Notes: a model not told the origin generated them from the sequence alone. Positions 1 through 9,954 are shown, counted from the stretch's first letter. The stretch is DNA of 32,000 bases from Candidatus Iainarchaeum sp. (GCA_037441475.1 JBBISB010000001.1:336418-368417), one strand, 5' to 3'. Made by a program: numbers and translations.

Positions 1-240
1 CCTGTTTTATATGTATTAAATCTACATATATAGTGTAACAAAACATTTAAAAAGGGGTTTTTAAAAGAATATAAAGAAAAGTTGTTTTATACAAAACATC
101 CTTTTAAGAATCTATTTTAAAACATATCTGTTCTATTAATATATATAATTTAACACTATAGATTTTGGTATTTATTAGTATAGACACTAATTTTAGTTAT
201 TTCAAAATCTTTATATAAAATATAAAAAAGGTAATTAAAT

Positions 241-573
241 ATGTCAGGTAAAAAAGCAAAAGGAAAAAGAGCAAAAACAAGAAGTTTAATGAGAAGAAAC
301 GTTAGAGCAAAGACAACAGTTAATGAAATATTAAAACCAGTTGCTGTTGGAGATACTGTTCAAGTAAATATTAATAGTTCAAAACACGGTGGACTTCCTC
401 ATAAAAGAATGCAAGGTAAGACTGGAACTGTTGTAAGATTCCAAGGAAAAGCACCTGTTTTAGAAGTTTATGACGGAAACTTAAAGAAAACAGTTATTAC
501 AGAAAGAGTTCATTTAAAACCAATTAAGAACATACCTAAAACAAAAATACCTGTTAAAAAGGTGAAAAAATGA
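241..573 (+). CDS. rpl21e: Ribosomal protein L21e
   Basis: Family-like protein (SLMRRNVR..., KMQGKTGTVV-type segment, ERVHLKPIK); first gene of an archaeal-type cluster with rpoF-DUF655-ksgA. Confidence 0.93.
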   Translation: MSGKKAKGKRAKTRSLMRRNVRAKTTVNEILKPVAVGDTVQVNINSSKHGGLPHKRMQGKTGTVVRFQGKAPVLEVYDGNLKKTVITERVHLKPIKNIPKTKIPVKKVKK

Positions 574-893
574 ATTATAAGTATGTTGAAGATGTAACTT
601 TAAATGAAGTTAAAAAAACTTTAACTGAAAGAGCAAAAGAAAAAGAACTTAACTTTGAACAAAAGCATGCTTTAGAACATGCAAAATTGTTTGCAAGCCT
701 TACACCTGCAACTGCAGAGAAACTTAAAAAAAGTTTAATGGACATTGATATTTCAGATGAACTTGCAACTAAGATAGTTGATATTGTTCCTAATGCTCTT
801 GAATTAAATTTAATTTTAGAGAAAGAAAAAGATGTTGATGAAGAAAAGAAACAAGAAATCTTAGACATCTTAAAAAAGTATAATAAAGAGTGA
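570..893 (+). CDS. rpoF: DNA-directed RNA polymerase subunit F (Rpb4-like)
   Basis: ATG overlaps the L21e stop; Rpb4-like helical protein with TPATAEKL and DIVPNALELNLIL; expected neighbour of L21e. Confidence 0.88.
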   Translation: MNYKYVEDVTLNEVKKTLTERAKEKELNFEQKHALEHAKLFASLTPATAEKLKKSLMDIDISDELATKIVDIVPNALELNLILEKEKDVDEEKKQEILDILKKYNKE

Positions 894-903
894 TATTTTT
901 AAT

Positions 904-1428
904 ATGATAAAAAAAGAAGCAATAGTTTTAGACAAACTTAAAAAAGATATTAAGTTTAAGCAAACAGAGGTAATCCACTGTATCGGTATCTCTAACTTCT
1001 CTTTACTTGAGATTGTCACAGACATGCCTTCTAAACATCAAGATAAAATATCAACAGATGATTTAATGGTAAGAAGAATAACTTACAATAGATTATCAAA
1101 CGAAGGAAAAAAAGAACTTGAAAAAGCAGTTGAAACAATTGTTCTTGAAAATCCTTCAAAATTTATTAATTTTTTTAATACAGCAAAACCTATTGGACTT
1201 AGAAGACATCAGTTAGATCTTTTGCCAATGATAGGTGTAAAGCATAGAATGGCAATCATCGAACATTTAAAGAAAAAAGGTAAGTTTACTTCTTTTGAAG
1301 ATATTAGAAACATAGAAATGATGCCTGATCCAGTTAAAGTAGTTGTAAATAGAGTTGTTGATGAGATTATGGGTGGACCAGAAATTAAGTTTAACTTATT
1401 TACAATGCCTTTTTTAATAAAAAAATAA
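904..1428 (+). CDS. DUF655 family protein (helix-hairpin-helix, putative nucleic-acid binding)
   Basis: RRHQLDLLPMIGVKHRMAIIEHLKKKGKFTSFEDI HhH-like segment; conserved position between rpoF and ksgA. Confidence 0.85.
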   Translation: MIKKEAIVLDKLKKDIKFKQTEVIHCIGISNFSLLEIVTDMPSKHQDKISTDDLMVRRITYNRLSNEGKKELEKAVETIVLENPSKFINFFNTAKPIGLRRHQLDLLPMIGVKHRMAIIEHLKKKGKFTSFEDIRNIEMMPDPVKVVVNRVVDEIMGGPEIKFNLFTMPFLIKK

Positions 1429-1444
1429 AGAGTAGACTTTATTT

Positions 1445-2242
1445 ATGCAAAAAGAAATATACAGACTAATGCTTATTTATGGATTTAAACCAAATCACAA
1501 GTATGATCAAAACTTTATTATTGATAAAAACATAATAAATAAAGTGATTGAAACCATAAAACCAGATAAAAAAGAAACTGTTTTAGAGATAGGTCCTGGT
1601 TTAGGGTTTGTTACAAAAGAACTTGTTAATAACTTTAAAAAAGTAATTGTAATTGAAAAAGATCCAATAATGGTTGATATCTTAAGAAAAGAAATTACTA
1701 AAAATAATCTTGAAATTATTAATGATGATTTTTTAAATGTAGATTTAAGTAAACTTAAGTTTGATAAGATTGTAGGGTTTATCCCTTACTCAATATCCTT
1801 AAAGATTATAGAAAAAATAATTGCAACAAAACCAGCATGCTTAGTTGTTCAAAAAGAATTTGCAGAAAAACTCGCAGCTTTTGAAGGTTTTGCAAATTTT
1901 GTATCAATTACTGTTCTTGCACAAACCTATTCTGATATTAAGCTTATTAAAAATATTAAAAAAGGCTCTTTCTTTCCAAAACCAAAAGTTGAATCAGCTA
2001 TAGTATCTATAATTCCTAAAAAGAACAAAGAGATTGATGAATCCTTCAATCAATTTATAAGAAATATTTTTAGATATCCAAATAAAGATGTTACAAATAG
2101 CTTCAAGCATTCAAGTATTGAAAATAAAAATATTATTGATATTTCAAAAATTAAAAATATTTCTGAAAAATTAAGCAGCACTAAGGTAAAACAATTGTCT
2201 GTTTCTGAGCTTGAAAAGATTTACAAAATAATTAAAAAATAA
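1445..2242 (+). CDS. ksgA: rRNA adenine N6,N6-dimethyltransferase (KsgA/Dim1)
   Basis: VLEIGPGLGFVTKEL SAM motif, GFIPYSISLKI (variant of NLPY catalytic motif), SFFPKPKVESAIV. Confidence 0.9.
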   Translation: MQKEIYRLMLIYGFKPNHKYDQNFIIDKNIINKVIETIKPDKKETVLEIGPGLGFVTKELVNNFKKVIVIEKDPIMVDILRKEITKNNLEIINDDFLNVDLSKLKFDKIVGFIPYSISLKIIEKIIATKPACLVVQKEFAEKLAAFEGFANFVSITVLAQTYSDIKLIKNIKKGSFFPKPKVESAIVSIIPKKNKEIDESFNQFIRNIFRYPNKDVTNSFKHSSIENKNIIDISKIKNISEKLSSTKVKQLSVSELEKIYKIIKK

Positions 2243-2397
2243 ATTTAATTATAAGCAACATAAATTGGAAAAATAAATTTCATCGTATATCCTTTTTTAT
2301 TAAGATAAATGAATTTATTTTTAGGACAATTCATTATTAAATCATTAATTTTTTTAATTTCTTTAAAGTTAATAGCATATCTATTAATATGTTCTCT

Positions 2398-3045
2398 TTA
2401 TGTAACAACTAATATTTTAGAACTAGCTATAAGGTTAAGGTCATTAAATTTTGATAAGAAATATAACTTAAAGACATCTTCTCTTGATTGAAAATGCCTT
2501 TTCCCAATTTTCGTATTAGAAGAATAGATGTTATTTGCCAAGTCTCTTAATTTATTAGTAGGCATTGCAGCAACACAGTTAATAAATAAACCTTTTTTAC
2601 AAAGGTGTAAGCGAATATTTTTTAACGCCTTAACTTGTAATTTTTCAGAAGGCAAATAATCAAGGCAACTTCTCATTATTATTAAATCAAACTTTTGATT
2701 TAACTTAAAGGTTAACATATCCCCTAGAATTTTTTTAGTTTTTTTATTTTTATTTAAATCTAAATGTTTTTTAGAAATATCTAAAAGAGTTAAACTTGAT
2801 TTAATGTTGTTTTTAGATAAAAAAGAAACTAATCTCTCACCTAAAAGTCCATTTGCAGATCCTACATACAATATATTTAAATTATTTTTATTTAATTTTT
2901 TAATATATTTAAAAGACTTATTAATAAAAATATCAAGATTGTCTTCATCAGAAAAATAAGAATTATATGTTAGATTCCATTTTTTCCCTAAAACATTTTT
3001 ATCTCTCTTAATATTTTCTTTAGATATATCTGTTATTTTAGGCAT
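2398..3045 (-). CDS. Class I SAM-dependent methyltransferase-like protein
   Basis: LNILYVGSANGLLGERLVSFL motif I, LLDISKKHL, FDLIIMRSCLDYL. Confidence 0.65.
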   Translation of the reverse strand: MPKITDISKENIKRDKNVLGKKWNLTYNSYFSDEDNLDIFINKSFKYIKKLNKNNLNILYVGSANGLLGERLVSFLSKNNIKSSLTLLDISKKHLDLNKNKKTKKILGDMLTFKLNQKFDLIIMRSCLDYLPSEKLQVKALKNIRLHLCKKGLFINCVAAMPTNKLRDLANNIYSSNTKIGKRHFQSREDVFKLYFLSKFNDLNLIASSKILVVT

Positions 3046-3052
3046 GAAAAAA

Positions 3053-3430
3053 TCACTTTATATTTAAAGGAACTTCACGAATGACTATCCCTTTCCGTTT
3101 TAAAAAGGAGAACATATAACCAGCAGAAAACCTATTAAAATGTAATCGGTCTGCCATACTTATTTCATCAATAACATACTCAAAAGGAGTTTCTTTAATC
3201 CAATTAATAGTTTTATCAGTAAATTTTATGAATACTCTTCTATGTTCCTCTGCATTTTTATTTATTAAGGAAATTTCAAAATTTTTAATATTAAAATTTT
3301 TATTTAATTTAGAAAATGCAATTAGATCACTTGGATTAATCAGAAATATTTGAGAATTACTACTGTTAGGATGAGTATGAATCATAGTCGCTTTTGAAAG
3401 ATCATATTTAGAAGATATTTTTGTTAACAA
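3053..3430 (-). CDS. Hypothetical protein with JAB/MPN-like HTHP motif (family tentative; TTG start)
   Basis: ATMIHTHPNSSNSQIFLINPSDLIAF resembles the HxHP...S..D region of JAB/MPN proteins; frame continues upstream of the listed start. Confidence 0.45.
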   Translation of the reverse strand: MLTKISSKYDLSKATMIHTHPNSSNSQIFLINPSDLIAFSKLNKNFNIKNFEISLINKNAEEHRRVFIKFTDKTINWIKETPFEYVIDEISMADRLHFNRFSAGYMFSFLKRKGIVIREVPLNIK

Positions 3431-3475
3431 TTCAAAATCTAATAAAACAGACTTCTTTTTTCTCGCACCCGAAAT

Positions 3476-3658
3476 TTATATTAATTCTTTTCCAATCTTT
3501 ATAAAAGCAATTTCTTTATCAAGTCTTTCATGAGAATATAGTTTTTTAGAAAAAGACCCTTCAGGTAATCTTGAATGGATAAATTTTCTTTTCTCTTCCA
3601 AGATATTTATTTTATTTAAATTACTTTTTTTAAAATAATTAACTATCTTTTTAAACAT
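3476..3658 (-). CDS. Small hypothetical protein
   Basis: 60-aa ORF in a minus-strand run; no recognised family. Confidence 0.4.
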   Translation of the reverse strand: MFKKIVNYFKKSNLNKINILEEKRKFIHSRLPEGSFSKKLYSHERLDKEIAFIKIGKELI

Positions 3659-3699
3659 ATTTTTATTTCCTAATTTTAAAAAAATAAAAGAAAAAGAGT

Positions 3700-5205
3700 T
3701 TATTCAAACTCTTCTAAAACCATTTTATCAAAGACTATAGGATTATTATCTTTTAAATACTCTATAGCTCTTGAGATCTTTTCTTCTGTGTTTGCATGAA
3801 GCTCAAAGATAACATCATTCTTTAAAACAGAGTCTCCAACTTCGCAAACTAAAACAACACCTGCCTCAATATCTTTAGGACATCCTAAAAGTTTTGCAAG
3901 TTTTGTTATTTTAGAAACATCAAAGTTATTTATATCTCCTGCTTCTTGAGAATATATCTTTTGAACAAACTTAGCTTTAGGAACATCAACTGATCTTAAG
4001 ATACTTCCTCCTTGAACCTTTATTATCTCTTGGAATTTTTCTAAAGCCTTACCAGAAGTTACAATCTCTTTTGAAAGAAGATATCCTTCTCCTTGTTTGC
4101 AGTGACCTACAAGCTCTAAAAGTTCACCTGCTAAAAGACATGCTTTTTCTAAAACAGCGTCTTGATATTTACCTTCAAGAAGTTCTAAAACATTTTTAGC
4201 TTCAAGAGCAGGACCAAAGAAAGCTCCACATGGCTTATCTCCATCAGTTAAAAGAACTTTAGTTTTAATTCCTAAATATTCACTAATGGTTATAAACTTT
4301 TTAGCAAGCCTCTCTCCATCCTCTTTATTTTTAATTTTAACATCTCTACCAACAGGGATATCTAAAACAAGATGAGTTGAGCCTATACTTTTCTTTTTTG
4401 AAAGAATAGATGCAATCATTATTCCTTCAGGGTTAATGCCTAAAGCATGCTCTATATCTATTAGTGTATTATCAACAGGACAAAGATCAAACTTTCCTTC
4501 CCAAGCTACAACTCCACCAGCTTTGTTAATTATTTCTTTAATTTCATCAACATCAAAACTTACAGGGGCTAAAACCTCCATGGCATCAGCTGTTCCTGCA
4601 GCAGAAGTTATTGATCTTGATGCTGTTTTTGGTATTTTATACCCTAAAGAAGCAATTATAGGGGTTAAAAGCATTGAAACTCTTCCGTTAATACCGCCTA
4701 TAGAATGTTTATCTAGTATTATTTTTTCTCCAAAATCTATTCTATCTCCAATATTGACTAAAGCATTACATAAATGTTTAGTTTCCTCTAAGTTTAAGCC
4801 ATTTATAAAAACTGCAGTTACAAAAGCAGAAAGTTCAACTTCTGATAAAGAGTTTCTATCAATTTCTTTTACAATCTCTATTATTTCTTCTTCAGATAAA
4901 GTTTTGTTTTTTACTTTATCCATAATGTACTTGATTGCGGGAGGAGGCGTTAAAAGATTAATTACAACTTCATCTCCATTTTTAAGTTCAAAATCACTTG
5001 CAGTATCTTTATAAACTCCAATTTCTTTTTCAGTAACATATGATTTTGAAGTGTCCATTACAAAGGTAGAATGAAGAACATCTTTTCTAACCTCGATTCT
5101 GTCTAAGTTCTGTGCACCTAGGTTAACTGCAGTGTCTGGATGTAAGATTGCTATTGGATAATTTGCATAAACATCTAAAATCTTTACTTTTAATGTTAAT
5201 TTCAT
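3700..5205 (-). CDS. AMP phosphorylase (archaeal DeoA-like thymidine/AMP phosphorylase family)
   Basis: Archaeal-length 501 aa; KHSIGGINGRVSMLLTPI, PKTASRSITSAAGTADAMEVLAPV and GKFDLCPVDNTLIDIEHAL are characteristic. Confidence 0.92.
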   Translation of the reverse strand: MKLTLKVKILDVYANYPIAILHPDTAVNLGAQNLDRIEVRKDVLHSTFVMDTSKSYVTEKEIGVYKDTASDFELKNGDEVVINLLTPPPAIKYIMDKVKNKTLSEEEIIEIVKEIDRNSLSEVELSAFVTAVFINGLNLEETKHLCNALVNIGDRIDFGEKIILDKHSIGGINGRVSMLLTPIIASLGYKIPKTASRSITSAAGTADAMEVLAPVSFDVDEIKEIINKAGGVVAWEGKFDLCPVDNTLIDIEHALGINPEGIMIASILSKKKSIGSTHLVLDIPVGRDVKIKNKEDGERLAKKFITISEYLGIKTKVLLTDGDKPCGAFFGPALEAKNVLELLEGKYQDAVLEKACLLAGELLELVGHCKQGEGYLLSKEIVTSGKALEKFQEIIKVQGGSILRSVDVPKAKFVQKIYSQEAGDINNFDVSKITKLAKLLGCPKDIEAGVVLVCEVGDSVLKNDVIFELHANTEEKISRAIEYLKDNNPIVFDKMVLEEFE

Positions 5206-5240
5206 TTTTGAAAAACTCCTTTTTAATTTTTAAAAATAAT

Positions 5241-5558
5241 TTATAATTCAGTGACTATCTGCTTTATGATGTCTTTTGAAATTACACCGACTTGCTTTTT
5301 AACAACCACTCCATTCTTAATGAAAAGAATTGTTGGAATTGACATCACACCATATTCTTGAGAAACTTTAGGAGAATCATCAACATTAACTTTCACACAA
5401 AAAACATCTTTATTCTCTTTTGCAAAATTATCAAAGATTGATGCAAACATTTGACAAGGCCCACACCAAGCTGCCCAAAAATCAACAACTACAATTTGTT
5501 TACCAGTAATTGTTTCCTTAAAATTAGTATCATTTAATTCTGTTATATGTTCTGACAT
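5241..5558 (-). CDS. trxA: Thioredoxin
   Basis: VVDFWAAWCGPCQMFA active site; YGVMSIPTILFIKNG cis-Pro region. Confidence 0.95.
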   Translation of the reverse strand: MSEHITELNDTNFKETITGKQIVVVDFWAAWCGPCQMFASIFDNFAKENKDVFCVKVNVDDSPKVSQEYGVMSIPTILFIKNGVVVKKQVGVISKDIIKQIVTEL

Positions 5559-5641
5559 AAATATATCACTCCTTATATTTCATCTATATAAAATATATTA
5601 TAGAATAGGTTTAAAAGAATATACTTCTAAACATATTATTT

Positions 5642-6034
5642 ATGACTAAAAGAAAGAATTTTACCAATAAAGAAATAAAAATAACAGGACAGATACTTAG
5701 AAGAGTAGAGTCTAAAAGACCAGATCAAATATATGGTCGCGAACTTGCAATAGCAGACATAAATCTTTTTACTCAAGCAATTAAAAGAAATCCAGGTTTA
5801 GATAAAAAAATATTAAGTGCAATTGAAGAAAATAAATTTGATTTATCTAAATTTATAAGCTCACTTAAAACTAAAAAAATAAATTTAGAAAAAAGTAAAA
5901 GAAAAATAATTATTTTTAACAAACAAGAAATAAAAAAAATAGCCACCACCTTTAAAAAAAGGGTTTTAAAAACTATGAAATTATCTATTGTATACAAGCT
6001 TTTTCACAAAAATATAAAAGACCAGAAGTTATAA
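5642..6034 (+). CDS. Hypothetical basic protein
   Basis: 130-aa ORF adjacent to the next small ORF; no family recognised. Confidence 0.55.
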   Translation: MTKRKNFTNKEIKITGQILRRVESKRPDQIYGRELAIADINLFTQAIKRNPGLDKKILSAIEENKFDLSKFISSLKTKKINLEKSKRKIIIFNKQEIKKIATTFKKRVLKTMKLSIVYKLFHKNIKDQKL

Positions 6035-6036
6035 GT

Positions 6037-6246
6037 ATGTTAAATAACATTTCAAAAATAATTGATATTATTCCTGAACAAAACAAACCTGATTTTATAG
6101 ATAGAATTATCCTTGAATCTAAACAAATAGAAAAAAATAAAGATAAAAAACCTTTTAATCTTATTTTTGAGAAAATAATACAAGAAGAAAAAAAATCAAG
6201 AAGAGTAATTGCAGTTATTAAAAAATTATTAAGGAAACATCTATAA
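6037..6246 (+). CDS. Small hypothetical protein
   Basis: 69-aa ORF starting directly after the previous stop; plausible operon partner. Confidence 0.5.
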   Translation: MLNNISKIIDIIPEQNKPDFIDRIILESKQIEKNKDKKPFNLIFEKIIQEEKKSRRVIAVIKKLLRKHL

Positions 6247-7065
6247 AAAATAACTTAAAATATAAAGTAGTCCAAAAAGAAAACAAAAATATGAAAAATT
6301 AATATTCTTTGCAAACCTTATTAAAAGATCAATAGTTAAATAACCCACTATAAAAGAAACAACTATTGAGATTAAGATGTAATGGGAAAAGAAAATACCA
6401 TTAAAGAGTAAAAGAGCAATTTCCCCTATTAAGATGGTTGGTATTGAAAGTAAAAAACTTATTCTAAAGGCCTTCTCTGGGCTAAACCCTCTAAACAACA
6501 ATAGAGAGGTCGTAAGTCCACTTCTACTTAAACCAGGCAAGATTGAAAAACCTTGAAACAAACCTAGAAGGAAAGAATTTTTTATTGAAAGAGTAGAGTT
6601 GTGTGTAAAATACTTTTTTGAAAAGAAGATTAAAAAACCAGTTATTATTAGAAGAACACCTATTATTAAGTTTATTAAAAGGATATTTATGTTTGAAAGA
6701 TTACTTCTCATTAAAAAATAAATAGGCCCTGATACCATTAAAGTAACAATTACTGCGATGAATATAAACCTTAAAAGAAAAAAATCGTTTTCGTCTTCCT
6801 TTAAACTTAAAAGCTTGAAATTATGCTTAAATAAAAGAGAGAGGTTTTTAAAAGAAAGGATAGAGGTGATCTCTTTCCAGAAATAAACAGTTGCTGCAAG
6901 TAAAGTTCCTGTGTGAAGAAGGATAGAATAGTTTAAGCTTAGCTGAGAGGAGATGTTTAAAAAGTTTGATAAATAAATAACAAGACCACCTTGTGAGCTT
7001 ATAGGAAGCCATTCTAAGATGCCTTGGATAACACCTATTATAACATAACTTAGTATTTCATTCAT
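6241..7065 (-). CDS. uppP: Undecaprenyl-diphosphatase family protein (UppP/BacA)
   Basis: GVIQGILEWLPISSQGGLVI and GLFQGFSILPGLSRSGLTTSLLLFRGFSPEKAFRISFLLSIP signatures; multi-pass. Confidence 0.92.
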   Translation of the reverse strand: MNEILSYVIIGVIQGILEWLPISSQGGLVIYLSNFLNISSQLSLNYSILLHTGTLLAATVYFWKEITSILSFKNLSLLFKHNFKLLSLKEDENDFFLLRFIFIAVIVTLMVSGPIYFLMRSNLSNINILLINLIIGVLLIITGFLIFFSKKYFTHNSTLSIKNSFLLGLFQGFSILPGLSRSGLTTSLLLFRGFSPEKAFRISFLLSIPTILIGEIALLLFNGIFFSHYILISIVVSFIVGYLTIDLLIRFAKNINFSYFCFLFGLLYILSYFL

Positions 7066-7204
7066 GTTTAATCTTTTTTTCTATGTTATAATATATTATA
7101 AAATGGTTTATAAAAAGAAGGTATTTTAAAAGAAAGAAGAATATTTTATAAATAAATCTATTAAATAATATAAGTATACACAAACTATATAAAAAGAAAG
7201 AAAT

Positions 7205-7633
7205 ATGAATAAACTAGGGCATCTTTTATTTGCAACACTTATATTTACTTTTATATATGTATTTCTATCTAACATCATGGAGATAGAGATTGAAAAAGTA
7301 TTAATTGCTTTTTTTATATTTCTAATATACACCCTTCTTCCAGATATTGATAAGAACAACTCATGGATAAGAAAACAATTAGATAAAATAATACTTTTGC
7401 TTTTAGTAGTGTTTGTTGTAATAAGTATTGTTAATACAGATAAAACAGCCTTACTTATAGCAGCAGTTCTTTTAATTGCAGAAATAATATTAACAGTTAT
7501 TAAGCACAGAGGTTTTGTACACTCCTTTGCTTTTGGGCTTATGGCAGCAAGTCCATTACTTTTCCTTGATCCTGTTTATTTTGTGGCTGGTTTTTTAGGT
7601 GTGGTTGTGCATTTAATAGCTGATGGAATGTAA
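7205..7633 (+). CDS. YdjM/LexA-binding-type inner-membrane metal-dependent hydrolase-like protein
   Basis: LLPDIDKNNSW, HRGFVHSFAFGLMAASPLL, VVHLIADG motifs in a multi-TM protein. Confidence 0.75.
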   Translation: MNKLGHLLFATLIFTFIYVFLSNIMEIEIEKVLIAFFIFLIYTLLPDIDKNNSWIRKQLDKIILLLLVVFVVISIVNTDKTALLIAAVLLIAEIILTVIKHRGFVHSFAFGLMAASPLLFLDPVYFVAGFLGVVVHLIADGM

Positions 7634-7639
7634 GAATAT

Positions 7640-8500
7640 TTATTTTTTTATTTTTTCAAGAAGGTTATTTAAAAAAACTTTAATTTTGTTTTCTTTTTCA
7701 ACAACAACTTTTTCTTCAGGTAAAGAAGAGGTATTTTGGTCTAAGTAGTTTAAAGTTATTGGCTTAATCTTTTGTTTATCTTCTTTATAAAAAGAATAAC
7801 ACTCAATATCGTAAGAGCCTTCTTTAATCTCGTAGTTACCATCAATAAAGACTTCTAGTGAATATTCATTATTTCCCTTGTACTTTAAGTCAAGAAGTAA
7901 AGCCTCTTCTTTTGCATAGCAGTTTACACCGTAAGCTATAGAGGAAATATGGTTCTTAATAGTTATAGTGTCAGAATCATGTTTATTTAAAATAAACATC
8001 TTATCTCTTGATAAAGAATAACCACTAAACTCTGGAACCTTGTTTTTAGGAGCATCTGAAAACTCATACTCTGAGTTGTTTGAAACTAACTTTAAGAATA
8101 AATAATCAGTATCAACTAGGTTGTTTAAAGAATCATAGATTGAAACCTTTACCCTTAGGTTAATAGTTTGATCTTTAAAATCTAAACTTCTTATGTTAAG
8201 AGAGAAGGAAGAATTAATATTTGAAACAAATCTCTCCTCTTGTTTTGAAAGACTTAACTTTATTTCCTTTAAATCCTCTGAATAGACCTTTAATTCATAC
8301 TCAGCTCTGTAACTGTTTTGGAAAGTAGAAGAAATGTCTGAAGTTAAGGAAAAGTAAATCTCTTTTGAAATATTTTTTGAAATATAAAAAGTATTTTCAT
8401 ACCCATCTGAAATAGAGGTTAAGGATAAAGAGGAGGATGAAAAGATGTTTGGAATAATTAATAACATTAAAATTACTAAGATTAATGGCTTATATTTCAT
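7640..8500 (-). CDS. Predicted secreted/membrane protein
   Basis: N-terminal hydrophobic signal MKYKPLILVILMLLIIPNIF followed by beta-rich ectodomain. Confidence 0.6.
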   Translation of the reverse strand: MKYKPLILVILMLLIIPNIFSSSSLSLTSISDGYENTFYISKNISKEIYFSLTSDISSTFQNSYRAEYELKVYSEDLKEIKLSLSKQEERFVSNINSSFSLNIRSLDFKDQTINLRVKVSIYDSLNNLVDTDYLFLKLVSNNSEYEFSDAPKNKVPEFSGYSLSRDKMFILNKHDSDTITIKNHISSIAYGVNCYAKEEALLLDLKYKGNNEYSLEVFIDGNYEIKEGSYDIECYSFYKEDKQKIKPITLNYLDQNTSSLPEEKVVVEKENKIKVFLNNLLEKIKK

Positions 8501-8627
8501 GACTAATCACTATATAATTATAGGTAGTTAATATATTTAAAGGTATTTATTTTTATTAAAAAGAAAGAGTATAATAACCTTTTTAGAAAATATTAATTTT
8601 ATAAACCTAAGCACACATATATAACTT

Positions 8628-9629
8628 ATGAAAAAAGAAATAGCGTTTGATGAAAATAAATATGTAGACCTGCAAACTACAGAGATTAAAAAAAGAATTA
8701 AAAACTTTGATAAAGTATATATTGAGTTTGGGGGTCATCTTTTAAGAGACCATCATGCAAAAAGAATATTGATTGATTATAAGAAAGACACTAAGGTTAA
8801 GATTTTAGAAAAAATTAAAAAAGATGTAGGTATCATCTATTGTGTTTATTCAAAACATCTAGAGAATGGAAAAGATTACAATAGCAATCATGAGTTTAGA
8901 GAACTTGTAAAAGACGAGATTACAAAGCTTTATAAAAAATTTAAAAAAATCGATGTTGTTATTACAAGGTATAAAGATGAAGAATCTGGAAAGGTGTTTG
9001 AAAAAGAGATGAAGAAGAAAAAAATAAAAGTATATTTCTCAAGACCTATAAAAGACTACCCAAATGACCTTAAAGAGATTTTAGGAGAAAGAGGTTTTCT
9101 AAAACAACCATATATAAAAACAGATAAAAAAATAAATGTAGTTATTGGAGCTGTTGCAAACTCAGGAAAAATGGGTGTTTGTTTAGCACAGATATTTTTA
9201 GATTCTAAGAATAATATTAATTCAGGATTTTTTAAATCAGAGACCTTCCCTGTACATGATCTTACTTTAAACCACCCTATAAACCTTGCATACGAAGCAG
9301 CAACTGCAGATATTGGGGATAAAAACATGATAGATCCTTTCCATAAAAAGGCATATGGAAAAATAGCTATTAACTATAATAGAGATATTGAAAACTTCAA
9401 GATTCTTAAAAAAATTATTAATCACATTGTTTCTAAAGAAAACAAAATGCATGATTATAGATCTCCAACAGACATGGGTATTAATACAGTTAAAAAAGCA
9501 ATTGTTAATGAGAAAAAAATAATTATGACCTCTAAAGAAGAGATTATAAAAAGGCATAAGAAATATATTGAAAGAAAAGAAAAAAAAGAAGTTATTGAAA
9601 GAATGGAAAAGATATTAAAGCAGATTTAG
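8628..9629 (+). CDS. DUF1846 domain-containing protein (short form)
   Basis: IAFDENKYVDLQTTEIKKRI, YIEFGGHLLRDHHAKRIL, SETFPVHDLTLNHPINLAYEAATADIGDKNMIDPFH, KKAYGKIAINYNRDIE match the family from memory. Confidence 0.85.
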   Translation: MKKEIAFDENKYVDLQTTEIKKRIKNFDKVYIEFGGHLLRDHHAKRILIDYKKDTKVKILEKIKKDVGIIYCVYSKHLENGKDYNSNHEFRELVKDEITKLYKKFKKIDVVITRYKDEESGKVFEKEMKKKKIKVYFSRPIKDYPNDLKEILGERGFLKQPYIKTDKKINVVIGAVANSGKMGVCLAQIFLDSKNNINSGFFKSETFPVHDLTLNHPINLAYEAATADIGDKNMIDPFHKKAYGKIAINYNRDIENFKILKKIINHIVSKENKMHDYRSPTDMGINTVKKAIVNEKKIIMTSKEEIIKRHKKYIERKEKKEVIERMEKILKQI

Positions 9630-9645
9630 TTTTTTTTAAAAAAAA

Positions 9646-9948
9646 CTATTTAACTTCAATAAACTTGTTTACTTGTTTTAAAATATCTCTTAAAATAACA
9701 TTAGCCTCCTCTTCAATAGAGGTGTTCTTAATAATTATTTTTAAAGAAGAGAAGATTGATGCCTCTAAATCCTTTTTTTTAACATGCAAATAAAAAGGAG
9801 AGTTGTCCTTTGAAATATAAAAGTCATTCTCCTTTAAGATTGGTAAAAGCTTAGAAACATTAATCTCTAGAAACTTTTTAGGGTAATATTCAAAACCAGG
9901 TGTTGCCTTGCATGTATCCTGTATGAAATCTTTTTCTGTTAACACCAT
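9646..9948 (-). CDS. Hypothetical protein
   Basis: 100-aa ORF immediately downstream of the HerA-like gene on the same strand. Confidence 0.5.
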   Translation of the reverse strand: MVLTEKDFIQDTCKATPGFEYYPKKFLEINVSKLLPILKENDFYISKDNSPFYLHVKKKDLEASIFSSLKIIIKNTSIEEEANVILRDILKQVNKFIEVK

Positions 9949-9954
9949 AATATA

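Noticed and set aside
2309-2491. 60-aa plus-strand ORF overlapping the 3' end of the methyltransferase
   Set aside because: Low-complexity, partly antisense, no supporting family.
4436-5014. 192-aa plus-strand ORF opposite AMP phosphorylase, and similar overlapping ORFs (575..868, 9056..9328, 10100..10483, 11960..12178, 20689..21189, 22018..22245)
   Set aside because: Antisense shadow ORFs lying within strongly supported genes.
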